The notes below the pieces were generated by a model, which saw nothing but the letters and a program-made list of their open reading frames with translations, made no database searches and was not told the DNA's origin. This document shows, one piece after another, positions 28,849 through 38,845 of a DNA stretch of 64,000 nucleotides. The position numbers and the translations under genes are program-made. Each line of letters opens with the position of its first letter. Positions within the stretch are counted from its first letter, which is position 1. The DNA is from an uncultured Pseudomonadales bacterium. GTDB lineage: Bacteria; Pseudomonadota; Gammaproteobacteria; Pseudomonadales; JANQJO01. The stretch lies in contig CAZECE010000042.1 in NCBI GenBank assembly GCA_964510525.1, forward strand, positions 9,272 to 73,271. Direction: 5' to 3'.

Positions 28849-29589
28849 ATGGCGGGGCACAGTAAATGGGCCAATATCAAGCATCGTAAGGCGGCTCAAG
28901 ACGCCAAGCGCGGTAAGGTATTCACCAAGCACATTCGAGAAATTACCGTGGCTGCTAAAATGGGCGGTGGTGTGGTTGAAGACAATCCTCGTTTGAGGAT
29001 AGCGGTGGACAAGGCCTTGGCTGCCAATATGACTCGTGACACCATCGAGCGTGCGATCAAGCGTGGTGCCGGTACCGATGAAGCCGATAACATGGAAGAA
29101 GTGGTCTACGAAGGTTATGGTCCTTCGGGGGTTGCGGTTTTGGTGTATACCTTGACAGACAACCGTAATCGAACGGTTGCTGAGGTACGTCATGCGTTTT
29201 CCAAAGCGGGGGGGAATTTAGGTACCGATGGCTCGGTCAGTTATCTTTTTTCTAAGCGCGGTGAGATTGTTTTAGCCCAAGAGGAAGAGGGCGCTGCGGC
29301 TTTGGAAGAAGATGCGCTGCTGGATGCGGCTCTCGAGGCGGGTGCTGAGGATGTTGTTGGTCAGGACGATGGCAGCTTTGAAGTGATCACTACACCTGAG
29401 ACCTTTATTGAAGTGAAGTCAGCTTTAGAGTCAGCTGGTTTGCCAATAGTGATGGCGGACGTGGTGATGTCGGCGTCGACGCAAGTGGATTTAGATGTTG
29501 AGTCGGCTGAGAAGGTGATAAGATTGCTGGATCATCTTGAAGAGCTTGATGATGTGCAGAACGTATATAGCAATGCAGAGATGCCCTAG
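28849..29589 (+). CDS. yebC: YebC/PmpR family transcriptional regulator
   Basis: [23 protein letters not shown]... is the canonical N-terminus. Confidence 0.95.
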   Translation: MAGHSKWANIKHRKAAQDAKRGKVFTKHIREITVAAKMGGGVVEDNPRLRIAVDKALAANMTRDTIERAIKRGAGTDEADNMEEVVYEGYGPSGVAVLVYTLTDNRNRTVAEVRHAFSKAGGNLGTDGSVSYLFSKRGEIVLAQEEEGAAALEEDALLDAALEAGAEDVVGQDDGSFEVITTPETFIEVKSALESAGLPIVMADVVMSASTQVDLDVESAEKVIRLLDHLEELDDVQNVYSNAEMP

Positions 29590-29653
29590 CCTTTAGCGAT
29601 CGCTTTTCTTTGCATCAAACTTTTTGCATCTAACCTTATGAGGCAAGTCTGGC

Positions 29654-30160
29654 ATGACAATAGTGCTGGGGGTAGACCCGGGTTCTCGAGTCACGGGTTA
29701 CGGTTTGATCGAGTTAGCGGCTAAACCGTTTCGAGTTCGTTACATTGACAGTGGCTGCCTGAGGTTGAAGGCAGCAGATTTGCCGCAGCGGCTGGCTGAA
29801 ATTTTTCATCGTTTAGGCGAATTGATTCGTTTATATCGGCCAACGCAAATGGCGATTGAGGCGGTGTTTGTGTCTCGAAATCCTGGTTCGGCTTTGAAAC
29901 TGGGTCAAGCGAGAGGGGCTGCAATTGTGGCGGGTTCGGTAGCTGAGTTACCCGTTTTTGAGTACAGTCCTCGTCAAGTTAAGCTGGCGGTGGTTGGGCA
30001 TGGGGGTGCTGAAAAGCATCAGGTCCAAGAAATGATGCGTTCATTGTTGAAATTGGATTTTGTTCCGGCTAGTGATGAGGCCGATGGCTTGGCGATTGCT
30101 TGGTGTCATGGTCATTGCCATCGATACGATATGATGAAAACAGCACGATATAAAGCATAA
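29654..30160 (+). CDS. ruvC: crossover junction endodeoxyribonuclease RuvC
   Basis: ILGVDPGSRVTGYG and C-terminal SDEADGLAIA motifs. Confidence 0.95.
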   Translation: MTIVLGVDPGSRVTGYGLIELAAKPFRVRYIDSGCLRLKAADLPQRLAEIFHRLGELIRLYRPTQMAIEAVFVSRNPGSALKLGQARGAAIVAGSVAELPVFEYSPRQVKLAVVGHGGAEKHQVQEMMRSLLKLDFVPASDEADGLAIAWCHGHCHRYDMMKTARYKA

Positions 30161-30190
30161 CGTAAAGCATAATAAATAGGAGCTTTGTTG

Positions 30191-30829
30191 ATGATTGGTC
30201 AATTGCGTGGGGTAATAGTTCAGCAGAAAGCTCCAATGTTGGTGTTGGATGTTAATGGTGTTGGTTATGAACTTCAGGCGCCGATGACCACATTTTACCG
30301 TTTGTCTGAGGCTGTTAAAAATGGTCAAGAGCCCCTTACATTGTATACCCATCTGCAGGTTCGGGAAGATGCGCACCAATTGTTTGGTTTTTTTCAACCT
30401 CGCGATCGCCAGTTGTTTAGAGAGTTGATTAAAGTGAGCGGGGTTGGGCCAAAGTTGGCGTTGGCTATTTTGTCTGGGATGGATGTTGAAACCTTTGTGG
30501 CAGCGATTCGTCACCAAGATGTCAAAAGTTTGGTGAGTTTGCCTGGCTTGGGTAAGAAAACTGCGGAGCGACTGGTTATAGAAATGCAGGATCGCCTTAA
30601 AAATATGTTCTCTGTTTCAGAAAATAATGATGTGAATCGAGCTCAAGATGCCGCTGTTGTTGACTTTTTTACTGAAAGCGCATCGCAGCCGGTTCAAGAA
30701 GCTGAGGAGGCTTTGGTAGCGCTTGGATACAAACCACAGCAAGCACGTCAGACCATTGCTAAATTGGATCTGAAAGATGTTGACAGTGAAGTCTTGATTA
30801 AATCCGCTTTGCAATCTTTGGTGCGATGA
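30191..30829 (+). CDS. ruvA: Holliday junction branch migration complex subunit RuvA
   Basis: MIGQLRG.IV...P..V.LDVNGVGYE; HhH motifs (VSGVGPKLALAILS, LPGLGKKTAERL). ATG 30191 preferred over TTG 30185. Confidence 0.95.
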   Translation: MIGQLRGVIVQQKAPMLVLDVNGVGYELQAPMTTFYRLSEAVKNGQEPLTLYTHLQVREDAHQLFGFFQPRDRQLFRELIKVSGVGPKLALAILSGMDVETFVAAIRHQDVKSLVSLPGLGKKTAERLVIEMQDRLKNMFSVSENNDVNRAQDAAVVDFFTESASQPVQEAEEALVALGYKPQQARQTIAKLDLKDVDSEVLIKSALQSLVR

Positions 30830-30918
30830 CCTTTGGTTCGATGATGTTGATGGTGAGGGTTTTGATTGCAATGAATAGTTGTTTCAGTTTATTGGATAAT
30901 GTGAAATAGGGGACTGTG

Positions 30919-31992
30919 ATGGACGGTGCTCACAGCAGCTCTGAGAGTCGTTGGGTTTCAATGGAGCCAAAGCAGGGTGAGGAAAAAGTGGATCGGGCGA
31001 TTCCGGCCGTCACCTTGTCTGATTATCGTTGTCAAGGCGCTATTCGAGATCAACTGTCGATTTTTATTTCAGCGGCTAAATTGCGCAGTGAAGCCTTGGA
31101 TCATACGTTGATCTTTGGCCCTCCTGGGTTGGGCAAAACCACTTTGGCTAATATCATAGCCAATGAAATGGGAGGAGAATTAAAAAGTACCTCCGGGCCT
31201 GTATTGGAAAAAGCGGGCGATTTAGCGGCGTTGTTGAGTCATTTGGAATCTGGGGATGTGTTGTTTATTGATGAAATTCATCGCATGAGCCCAGCCATTG
31301 AGGAAATTTTGTATCCTGCTATGGAAGATTATCAGCTGGATATTTTAATCGGTGAAGGTCCTGCGGCGCGCACCATTAAAATTGATTTGCCCCCCTTTAC
31401 CTTGGTTGGTGCGACGACCCGTGCTGGTTTGTTAACAGCGCCACTGCGGGATCGTTTTGGGATAGTGTCTCGTTTGGATTTTTATCAATTAAAGGATTTG
31501 GCGGATATTCTTGAGCGATCGGCACGTTTGCAAGGTTTTGACATTGCGCGTTCTGGTGCTGAAGAAATTGCCAGAAGGGCGCGCGGTACTCCGCGAATTG
31601 CCAACCGCTTATTGCGTCGGGTGCGTGATTTTTCACAGGTGCATGGTAATGGCACCATTACGGTTTCACTTGCTAACGATGCGCTCGACATGCTCGAGGT
31701 GGATGGGCACGGTTTGGATAACTTGGATCGTAAAATTTTAATCGCTTTAGTGCATACGTTTTCTGGTGGTCCTGTTGGTTTGGATACGCTGTCGGCTGCA
31801 ATCGGGGAAGAGGCTGGAACCATAGAAGATGTGATTGAGCCTTATTTGTTGCAGCAAGGGTTTATTCAAAGGACGCCTAGAGGCCGTGTGGCGACTTCAA
31901 AGGCTTATTTGCATTTGGGGCTTAAATTGCCTGAGAATACTGATGCTGTAGCTGATGCAGCTGCTGAAGCTTGTGCTGTTGAAGCGGTATAG
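30919..31992 (+). CDS. ruvB: Holliday junction branch migration DNA helicase RuvB
   Basis: Walker [52 protein letters not shown]. The start is ambiguous (GTG 30916, ATG 30919 or ATG 30961). Confidence 0.93.
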   Translation: MDGAHSSSESRWVSMEPKQGEEKVDRAIPAVTLSDYRCQGAIRDQLSIFISAAKLRSEALDHTLIFGPPGLGKTTLANIIANEMGGELKSTSGPVLEKAGDLAALLSHLESGDVLFIDEIHRMSPAIEEILYPAMEDYQLDILIGEGPAARTIKIDLPPFTLVGATTRAGLLTAPLRDRFGIVSRLDFYQLKDLADILERSARLQGFDIARSGAEEIARRARGTPRIANRLLRRVRDFSQVHGNGTITVSLANDALDMLEVDGHGLDNLDRKILIALVHTFSGGPVGLDTLSAAIGEEAGTIEDVIEPYLLQQGFIQRTPRGRVATSKAYLHLGLKLPENTDAVADAAAEACAVEAV

Positions 31993-32034
31993 CCCTATTT
32001 GATTTTTATTTTAAGAGTGTAAGAGGACTTGCTT

Positions 32035-32721
32035 GTGTCTGAACCCCTCAGTGTGACATCCATTATTTTGCATGCCAGTTTGCCTGTGCAGTTGATTATG
32101 TTGGTTTTATTGGTTTTGTCTTTATTGTCTTGGATTGTTATTTTTCAGCGACGTCGCGATTATCGGGCTGCGCGATTGCGCAGTGAGGTGTTTGAAGATG
32201 ATTTTTGGTCTGGAGTTGATCTAAATCAACTGTATCAGCGAGTGAAGCAAGAAGCCGCTAATGACGGTGGCCAAGCGCAAATTTTTTCTGCAGGCTTTCA
32301 TGAATACAATCGCTTAAGAGAGCTTTCCAATGCCGGTGGCAGCAGCATCATGCAGGGGGCTGAGCGAGCGATGCGGGTTGCTTTGGGGCGTGAGCAAGAA
32401 GTATTAGAAGCGCATTTGCCTTTTTTGGCGACGGTTGCGTCTGTGAGCCCCTATATTGGTTTGTTGGGTACCGTTTGGGGCATTATGACGGCTTTTTTGG
32501 GGTTGGCGCAGCATGATCAAGTGACGTTGCAAGTGGTGGCCCCAGATATTGCTGAAGCATTAATTGCGACTGCGATGGGTTTGGTTGCGGCCATTCCCGC
32601 CGTGGTTGCTTATAACCGATTGTCCCAAGATGCGGAGAGTGTGTTCGCTCGTTACCAAACGTTTGCAGAAGAATTTTCGAGCATTTTACACCGTAGGGCA
32701 CATCAAGTGTCTGCACATTAA
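32035..32721 (+). CDS. tolQ: Tol-Pal system protein TolQ
   Basis: MotA/TolQ/ExbB core (SPYIGLLGTVWGIM.AF, IAEALIATAMGL.AAIPAV.AYN). GTG 32035 is better spaced from AAGAGGA than TTG 32029. Confidence 0.9.
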   Translation: MSEPLSVTSIILHASLPVQLIMLVLLVLSLLSWIVIFQRRRDYRAARLRSEVFEDDFWSGVDLNQLYQRVKQEAANDGGQAQIFSAGFHEYNRLRELSNAGGSSIMQGAERAMRVALGREQEVLEAHLPFLATVASVSPYIGLLGTVWGIMTAFLGLAQHDQVTLQVVAPDIAEALIATAMGLVAAIPAVVAYNRLSQDAESVFARYQTFAEEFSSILHRRAHQVSAH

Positions 32722-32744
32722 TAGGATTTGTTTAAGGAAAGACT

Positions 32745-33203
32745 ATGGCGTTAACATCTCCTGTTGCAAGCCTGCGCAGTAGGCGTAAGTCGATCGCTGA
32801 AATTAATGTGGTGCCTTATATCGATGTGATGCTGGTGCTGCTGGTGGTGTTTATGGTCACGGCGCCACTTATGACTCAAGGAATTGTTTTACAGTTACCT
32901 AAAGTATCTGCTGAGCCTATTCCCATTAAAGAGGAGCCTGTTGTTGTCAGTGTCAATAGGGCGGGGGGGTATCATTTGAATGTGGGTAAACAGCCAAAGC
33001 AAGAACTCGAACTCTCGACTATTTTGTCGACCATCGAAGTGATTATATTGGAAGTGCCCAGTACGCTGCTTATGGTAGAGGCTGACACCGAAGTGCCTTA
33101 TGGTAAGGTGATGCAATTGATTTCGGGTTTAAAGCGGATCGGTGCTGCCAATGTTGGCTTTGTAACGGATCCTGCCGGCGTAGATCCTGACCAAGGAGCC
33201 TAA
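32745..33203 (+). CDS. tolR: Tol-Pal system protein TolR
   Basis: EINVVPYIDVMLVLLVVFMVTAP is the ExbD/TolR signature. Position follows tolQ. Confidence 0.9.
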   Translation: MALTSPVASLRSRRKSIAEINVVPYIDVMLVLLVVFMVTAPLMTQGIVLQLPKVSAEPIPIKEEPVVVSVNRAGGYHLNVGKQPKQELELSTILSTIEVIILEVPSTLLMVEADTEVPYGKVMQLISGLKRIGAANVGFVTDPAGVDPDQGA

Positions 33204-33206
33204 GTT

Positions 33207-34025
33207 ATGGGGCAGTCTTGGCGGCTTTCTATAATACAAAGTGTTTTAGGGCATGCCTTGTTACTGACTTTTGCGGTTATATGGGCTTTTCCTAGAGACG
33301 TTCCACCAGTCAGACCCACTGAGTTCTTGGCTGTCCAGTTAATATCACCGCCTGTCAAACCGGTTGAGAAAAAGCCACCACCACCGAAGGTAGAAGCTAA
33401 ACAAAAAAAAATACCCAAACCTAAGCCTGCGCCAAAACCCAAGTCGGCCCCTAAATCCAAACCTAAATCTGAGGCCAAGCCAAAAGAGGCAGTTGTTGTA
33501 AAACCTGATGTTGTAAAGCCTGACCCGGTTGAAGAAGTGCCTACGAAGGATGTTAAGCCAGAAGATCCGCCCAAGCCTGAACCGCCCCAGTCGGAAAAGC
33601 CCGAAGCCAAAGACCCTCCGATTGAAGAAGAACTGTTGTCGACAGATTTCACTGAGTTGTTGGCTGAAGATCAAGAAGAGCTGGCGGTCCTGGATGGTTT
33701 TTATGAAGACATTGAAGAACAGCAGCACGCCTCTACTGTGGCCCAGTATTCGGCTTTAATTCGGGAGAAGCTAAAACAATACTGGTCACGCCCACCGACA
33801 GCGCGTAATGGTATGGAAGTGGTTTTACGTGTGCATCTGTTGCCTGGGGGGCGAGTTCGATCGGTCGAAGTGTTGCAGTCCAGCGGTGATGTGGCTTTGG
33901 ATCATTCGGCAAAACGCGCTGTTCAGAGAGCAAGAGATCTGCCTGTGCCTGAAGATAGAGAGATTTTTAATCAGTATTTTAGGTCGTTACGATTGCCATT
34001 TCGACCTGAAGATTTGCGAATATAG
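33207..34025 (+). CDS. tolA: Tol-Pal system protein TolA
   Basis: N-terminal TM, long KP/KPE-rich domain II, and a TonB/TolA-like C-terminal domain. Position lies between tolR and tolB. Confidence 0.85.
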   Translation: MGQSWRLSIIQSVLGHALLLTFAVIWAFPRDVPPVRPTEFLAVQLISPPVKPVEKKPPPPKVEAKQKKIPKPKPAPKPKSAPKSKPKSEAKPKEAVVVKPDVVKPDPVEEVPTKDVKPEDPPKPEPPQSEKPEAKDPPIEEELLSTDFTELLAEDQEELAVLDGFYEDIEEQQHASTVAQYSALIREKLKQYWSRPPTARNGMEVVLRVHLLPGGRVRSVEVLQSSGDVALDHSAKRAVQRARDLPVPEDREIFNQYFRSLRLPFRPEDLRI

Positions 34026-34086
34026 ACATCTAACTTTAGACATCTAACTATAGACACCCAAATATAGATATATAAAAGGAAAAATA

Positions 34087-35430
34087 ATGAGCGCCTTTGC
34101 GATTTGTACCGGTTCAATAAAGTTTTGCAAGCTGTGCTTAGTGTTAATCTTTGCGGGCTGGATTCACCTGGCAGTAGCCGAAAACAGTGAGTTGGTGATT
34201 GAAATTACGTCTGGCTTTGATCAACAAACGAAAATTGCCGTCGTGCCTTTTCACTGGGCGGGGATTGGGCTTTTGCCTGAATCGGTCAGTGACATTGTGG
34301 GGGCTGACTTATTTAGGACGGGGCAATTTAGGGCGTTGGAAAAAGAAAAAATGTTGGATCGTCCTTACGGAGCTGATGATATTGTCTTCAGTGATTGGCG
34401 GTTGTTAGGTGTCGACTATGTGGTGATCGGGCGGCTTAATCCTATCGCTAATCAATCAGACCAAATGCGTTATGAATTTGAGTTATACGATACACGTTCT
34501 GAAAGTCAGATGTTGGCTTCAGAGGGGGCGGCTGGAGATTTGCGAGATTTGGCACATTACATCAGTGATCAGGTTTATGAGCGTTTAACGGGTATTCCTG
34601 GCGCTTTTTCAACGCAGATTCTTTATATCACTGTGGAAAGAAAATCGTCGAACCGATCTGTGTATCGTCTCCGTAGAGCGGATGCTGATGGCCATAGGGT
34701 GGTAACGCTTTTTGAGTCGGATGAGCCCATATTGTCTCCTTCTTGGTCTCCGGATGGGCGGAAAGTTGTTTATGTTTCTTATCATAAAGGAGATCGGCCG
34801 GCGATTTTTATTCAGGATGTTGCAACCGGGAAGCAAACTCAAGTCACCAATTTTGCCGGCTTAAATGGCGCGCCAGATTGGTCTCCAGATGGCAAAAGCC
34901 TGGTCATGACGCTTTCCAGAGATGGTAACCCAGAAATTTATAATATGTTGTTGGCCACTGGTCAGTTAACACGGTTAACCAACCATTATGGAATTGATAC
35001 CGAAGGTCGTTGGTTGCAAGATGGTAAACATATCGTTTTTACGTCTGATCGTGGCGGCTCGCCTCAAATTTATCGCATGAATGTGATGTCTAAAGAAATG
35101 GAGCGTTTAACCTTTGATGGTCAATACAATGCTCGGCCAAGTGTTTCTGAAGATGGTCGCTTTTTAGCGATGGTGCATCGGCGGCGAGGTAAATTCCATG
35201 TGGCTGTTCAAGATCTTGAAGTGGGATATCTTCGGATTTTGACGGAAACCACTTTGGATGAGTCGCCGAGTATTGCACCTAACGGCAGCATGTTGATCTA
35301 TGCTACGCATGAAAATGGTAGGGAATTGCTTTCAGCTGTTTCTTTAGACGGTAAAGTTAAGGTAAGATTACCGGCTCGTACCGGGGCTGTACGTGAGCCG
35401 GCATGGTCGCCTCAATTGGTTGCACGGTAA
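34087..35430 (+). CDS. tolB: Tol-Pal system beta-propeller protein TolB
   Basis: Repeated SP.WSPDG... propeller blades (SPSWSPDGRKV, APDWSPDGKSL, EPAWSP). Confidence 0.95.
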   Translation: MSAFAICTGSIKFCKLCLVLIFAGWIHLAVAENSELVIEITSGFDQQTKIAVVPFHWAGIGLLPESVSDIVGADLFRTGQFRALEKEKMLDRPYGADDIVFSDWRLLGVDYVVIGRLNPIANQSDQMRYEFELYDTRSESQMLASEGAAGDLRDLAHYISDQVYERLTGIPGAFSTQILYITVERKSSNRSVYRLRRADADGHRVVTLFESDEPILSPSWSPDGRKVVYVSYHKGDRPAIFIQDVATGKQTQVTNFAGLNGAPDWSPDGKSLVMTLSRDGNPEIYNMLLATGQLTRLTNHYGIDTEGRWLQDGKHIVFTSDRGGSPQIYRMNVMSKEMERLTFDGQYNARPSVSEDGRFLAMVHRRRGKFHVAVQDLEVGYLRILTETTLDESPSIAPNGSMLIYATHENGRELLSAVSLDGKVKVRLPARTGAVREPAWSPQLVAR

Positions 35431-35474
35431 TTCGTTTTTTTAAATTCATTTTTTTTATTATTGAGGAGTGAGAT

Positions 35475-36011
35475 ATGCGAGTAAACCTTAAGTTGTTAGG
35501 TGCTACTTGGGTTTTGTGTGCAGCAATGGCTGGTTGTTCCAGTACCCCTGATACGTCAGAAGATGGTGCGTTCGTGAGCCCTGATGGCGCAACCGAAGGT
35601 TCTTCTGAAACCTTTGGTGCGAATGCTGGCAGCAATGTCACTGAAACTGCTTCAAAAGGTTTAGACGCAGCTCAAGCGGAGTTGCTGAAAACAAGAGTGG
35701 TGCTTTTTGATTTCGATAGCTCTTCTATCCGTCCAGAATTTTATGGCATGTTAAAAGCGCATGCGGCCTATTTGGTGAATAACACTGGCACTAAAGTGCG
35801 TATTGAAGGCCATGCCGATGAGCGTGGTACGCGTGAGTACAATATGGCCCTCGGCGAGCGAAGAGCGAAGGTTGTTGTTACGTATTTGCGTGCTCAAGGT
35901 GTCAAATCTAGCCAGCTTGAAGCTGTGAGTTATGGTGAAGAGAAGCCAGTTGACTACGGTCATAATGAGATGGCGTGGTCTAAGAACAGAAGAGCGGCTA
36001 TTAGTTACTAA
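35475..36011 (+). CDS. pal: peptidoglycan-associated lipoprotein Pal
   Basis: Lipobox AAMAGCSS. OmpA-C domain (V.FDFDSS.IRPEF...L.AHA.YL......V.IEGHADERGTREYN.ALGERRA). Confidence 0.93.
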   Translation: MRVNLKLLGATWVLCAAMAGCSSTPDTSEDGAFVSPDGATEGSSETFGANAGSNVTETASKGLDAAQAELLKTRVVLFDFDSSSIRPEFYGMLKAHAAYLVNNTGTKVRIEGHADERGTREYNMALGERRAKVVVTYLRAQGVKSSQLEAVSYGEEKPVDYGHNEMAWSKNRRAAISY

Positions 36012-36057
36012 CTATTAGTATTTAATAGTTATTGCGCTTCTTTTGAAGAGTACGCGA

Positions 36058-37071
36058 ATGATGCTAGAGAGGGCTTTGTACTGTTTGTTTGGGTTGATGT
36101 TGTTTATCAGCTCTGCAGCAGCTCAAGGCCCTTCTTTGTATTTGGCGGCAAATCCAAATCAGGCAAGCCCAAATAAAGTGCCTGTTGTAAGAGACGGTCA
36201 AACGGTTCGGGTTCATTCTGATAATCGCGTTGACGAAGTTCCTCCGGCTGAGCAGCAGCCCACGACTTTGCTGGCGGCTAATACAAACCTGGAGGCAAAT
36301 ACAAATATGGGGGCCAATTCCAATGCGGGCCCAAATACGGATTCGTTGTCTTGGGAGTTGATTCAGCAGCTTGAAGTCATGAAGCAAGAGATTGCCAGGC
36401 TGAGTGGTAAAATTGAAAAGCAATCCAGAGATTTTAAGCGTCTGGATAAAGGTTTTCAGCAAGGTTATGAGGATCTTCATCAGCGATTGATGGATTTGGA
36501 AAATGCTGCGGCTCAGGCTGCGTTGGCATTGCCTGTTTCAACAGTGCCAGTCTTGGTTGATGATGCAGCTCAAGCAAATGACGCTGATGTTGAGGGTGAG
36601 GCAAGTGTTGCGCCAGCCTCTTCTAATGCCCCTTTGGTGGTTGATTTGCCGGATGCAAAGACCGCTGACCCTGAGGCGTATGCTTCTGAAAAAAAACAAT
36701 ACGAAGCAGCAAAACAGCTTTTAAAAGAAAAGAAAGTTTTAGAAGCGTCTAAAGCGTTTAAGGATTTTGTCAGTGCTTATCCCGAAAGTACGTTGGCGCC
36801 TAATGCGGCGTACTGGGTAGGAGAGCTTTATTTAGCTGATCAGCCTCCTAAATATGAGGCAGCACAACAAGCCTTCGAACAATTTTTGACTGATTATGGC
36901 AAACATCGTAGAGTACCCAACGTGATGTATAAGCTGGCCTTAATTGATATACGCATGGGGAAAAAAGAAGCGGCTGAAATGCGGCTTGAACAGCTTTTAG
37001 AAGCTTACCCAGATAGCTCTCCTGCCAAGTTAGCTGAAGCTCAGCTGAAACATCTCTCGCAGCAGCAATAA
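36058..37071 (+). CDS. cpoB: cell division coordinator CpoB (YbgF), TPR protein
   Basis: Signal peptide, coiled coil, and C-terminal TPR region (Y..A..L......A...F..F...YP.S.LAPNA.YW.GE). Position follows pal. ATG 36058 preferred over TTG 36043. Confidence 0.85.
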   Translation: MMLERALYCLFGLMLFISSAAAQGPSLYLAANPNQASPNKVPVVRDGQTVRVHSDNRVDEVPPAEQQPTTLLAANTNLEANTNMGANSNAGPNTDSLSWELIQQLEVMKQEIARLSGKIEKQSRDFKRLDKGFQQGYEDLHQRLMDLENAAAQAALALPVSTVPVLVDDAAQANDADVEGEASVAPASSNAPLVVDLPDAKTADPEAYASEKKQYEAAKQLLKEKKVLEASKAFKDFVSAYPESTLAPNAAYWVGELYLADQPPKYEAAQQAFEQFLTDYGKHRRVPNVMYKLALIDIRMGKKEAAEMRLEQLLEAYPDSSPAKLAEAQLKHLSQQQ

Positions 37072-37166
37072 CAGCCTTTTGTTCAAAAAGGTTATATATA
37101 ACAAAGCGTTAAATTAAGTTATTGCTCAGTAAAATACGACATACTAAATAGAATACGAGCTGTGCT

Positions 37167-37811
37167 GTGGATCAGATTCGCGTTAAAGAGATTTTTTATT
37201 CCATTCAAGGAGAGGCTGCTACTCAAGGTCTGCCAACAGTCTTTGTGCGCCTCAGTGGATGTCCGTTACGATGCACGTACTGTGACAGCGCCTATGCCTT
37301 TTCGGGTGGGCGGATGATGTCTGTTGAAGATATTATTACTGAAGTACAAGATTACCCTGCGCGTTATGTGACGGTCACTGGTGGTGAACCTCTGGCGCAG
37401 CCCAGTTGTATTGCCTTATTATCAGCTCTTTGTGATCTGGATTATCAGGTGTCTTTGGAAACCAGTGGGGCGTTGACGGTGGCTGATGTAGACCCTCGGG
37501 TGCGCAAAGTGGTGGACTTTAAGGTGCCTTCCTCTGGTGAGGTGTCTAAAAATCACTGGAATAATGTTAATTACTTGCTGCCCTCTGACGAGTTAAAGTT
37601 TGTGGTTGGCGACCGGGATGATTTTGATTGGGCTTTGCTTCAGATCGAGCAGCAGGCTTTGATTGATCGGGTGGCCTCTATTTGGGTTTCGCCTGTTTAT
37701 CAACAGCTTGATCCGAGTGTGTTGGCCGATTGGGTGTTGTCTTCGGGGTTACCTATTCGAATACAAATGCAACTGCATAAATTGTTATGGGGTGATGCGC
37801 CAGGGCGTTAA
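37167..37811 (+). CDS. queE: 7-carboxy-7-deazaguanine synthase QueE (radical SAM)
   Basis: EIFYSIQGEA...G.PTVFVRLSGCPLRCTYCDS motif. GTG start. Confidence 0.9.
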   Translation: MDQIRVKEIFYSIQGEAATQGLPTVFVRLSGCPLRCTYCDSAYAFSGGRMMSVEDIITEVQDYPARYVTVTGGEPLAQPSCIALLSALCDLDYQVSLETSGALTVADVDPRVRKVVDFKVPSSGEVSKNHWNNVNYLLPSDELKFVVGDRDDFDWALLQIEQQALIDRVASIWVSPVYQQLDPSVLADWVLSSGLPIRIQMQLHKLLWGDAPGR

Positions 37812-37863
37812 ATTTGTTTAGGGTATTTGCTATGGCTCTGAACGTAGTTGAGAGGCTGTTTTT

Positions 37864-38547
37864 TTGACAAAAGAGGCGTTAATTTTATTATCTGGTGGCT
37901 TAGATTCCGCCACTTGTCTGGCAAAGTATCAGGCAGATGGTTGGCGACTGCATGCCCTTAGCTTTGATTATGGTCAGCGCCATCAAGCTGAACTGACGGC
38001 GGCTAAGCGGTTAGCGGCTCATTATCAGGTGGCGTCGCATCGAGTGATTCCATTGGCATTAAGTGATCTGGGAGGGTCGGCTTTAACTGATGCTTCTATT
38101 CCTGTGCCAGAAGAGCTGGATGTCGAAAATAGCAGCATCCCAGTGACCTATGTGCCTGCTCGTAATACCTTATTTTTGGCTTATGCATTGGCTGCGGCGG
38201 AAGTTCAGCAGGTGTCGGATATTGTGATTGGTGTTAATGCAGTTGATTACTCTGGTTATCCGGATTGCCGGCCTGAATTTATAGCCGCGTTCGAAAAAAT
38301 GGCCAATTTGGCGACAAAAATGGGCGTGGAAGGTCAGTTAACTCGCATTCATACCCCTTTAATTGAACTCACAAAGGCCGAGATAATTCAGTTAGGCGTT
38401 TCGTGTGGCTTGGATTATGGTATGACGGTTTCGTGTTATCAGTCAGATGAACGGGGCGCCGCTTGTGGGGTGTGTGACAGCTGCCGGTTCCGACGGCAAG
38501 GTTTTGAAGAGGCTGAGGTGTCTGACCCTACGGTTTATCAATCTTAA
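37864..38547 (+). CDS. queC: 7-cyano-7-deazaguanine synthase QueC
   Basis: [14 protein letters not shown]-loop and C-terminal Cys cluster (CY......ACG.CDSC..R). TTG start. Confidence 0.92.
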   Translation: MTKEALILLSGGLDSATCLAKYQADGWRLHALSFDYGQRHQAELTAAKRLAAHYQVASHRVIPLALSDLGGSALTDASIPVPEELDVENSSIPVTYVPARNTLFLAYALAAAEVQQVSDIVIGVNAVDYSGYPDCRPEFIAAFEKMANLATKMGVEGQLTRIHTPLIELTKAEIIQLGVSCGLDYGMTVSCYQSDERGAACGVCDSCRFRRQGFEEAEVSDPTVYQS

Positions 38548-38651
38548 TTCGACCGTTGTTTTCATAAGGCGCAGGTCGGCTCTTGTAATTTTTATTTAGA
38601 TGGGTATTATTGTCGCTCTTCTCGGGCATGGGTCTTCATGCCATCTGATGT

Positions 38652-38727
38652 GGGTCGTTAGCTCAGCTGGTAGAGCAGTTGGCTTTTAACCAATTGGTCA
38701 CTGGTTCGAATCCAGTACGACCCACCA
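38652..38727 (+). tRNA. tRNA-Lys (anticodon UUU)
   Basis: GGGTCGTTAGCTCAGCTGGTAGAGCAGTTGGCTTTTAACCAATTGGTCACTGGTTCGAATCCAGTACGACCCACCA. Acceptor GGGTCGT/ACGACCC; anticodon loop CTTTTAA. Confidence 0.93.
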
Positions 38728-38845
38728 TTTATTTCAGTTTATTTAATCCCCACTCTAGTTGTTAAGCTGAATTTGAAGCTGTTGGAGTTCATTTAGCTCA
38801 TGATCAGTTATAGGGAGTTTTGTCTCATTTGATGGAGATGGTGGA

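Noticed and set aside
33200-33728. 150-aa Gly/Ser-rich and 127-aa Phe/Arg-rich minus-strand ORFs
   Set aside because: They are antisense to the Lys/Pro/Glu-rich domain II of tolA. The repeat composition removes stop codons on the opposite strand.
37072-37166. preQ1 riboswitch upstream of queE/queC
   Set aside because: I found no preQ1-type hairpin or A-rich tail consensus. There is only a weak CCTTTT...AAAAGG hairpin that looks like the cpoB terminator.
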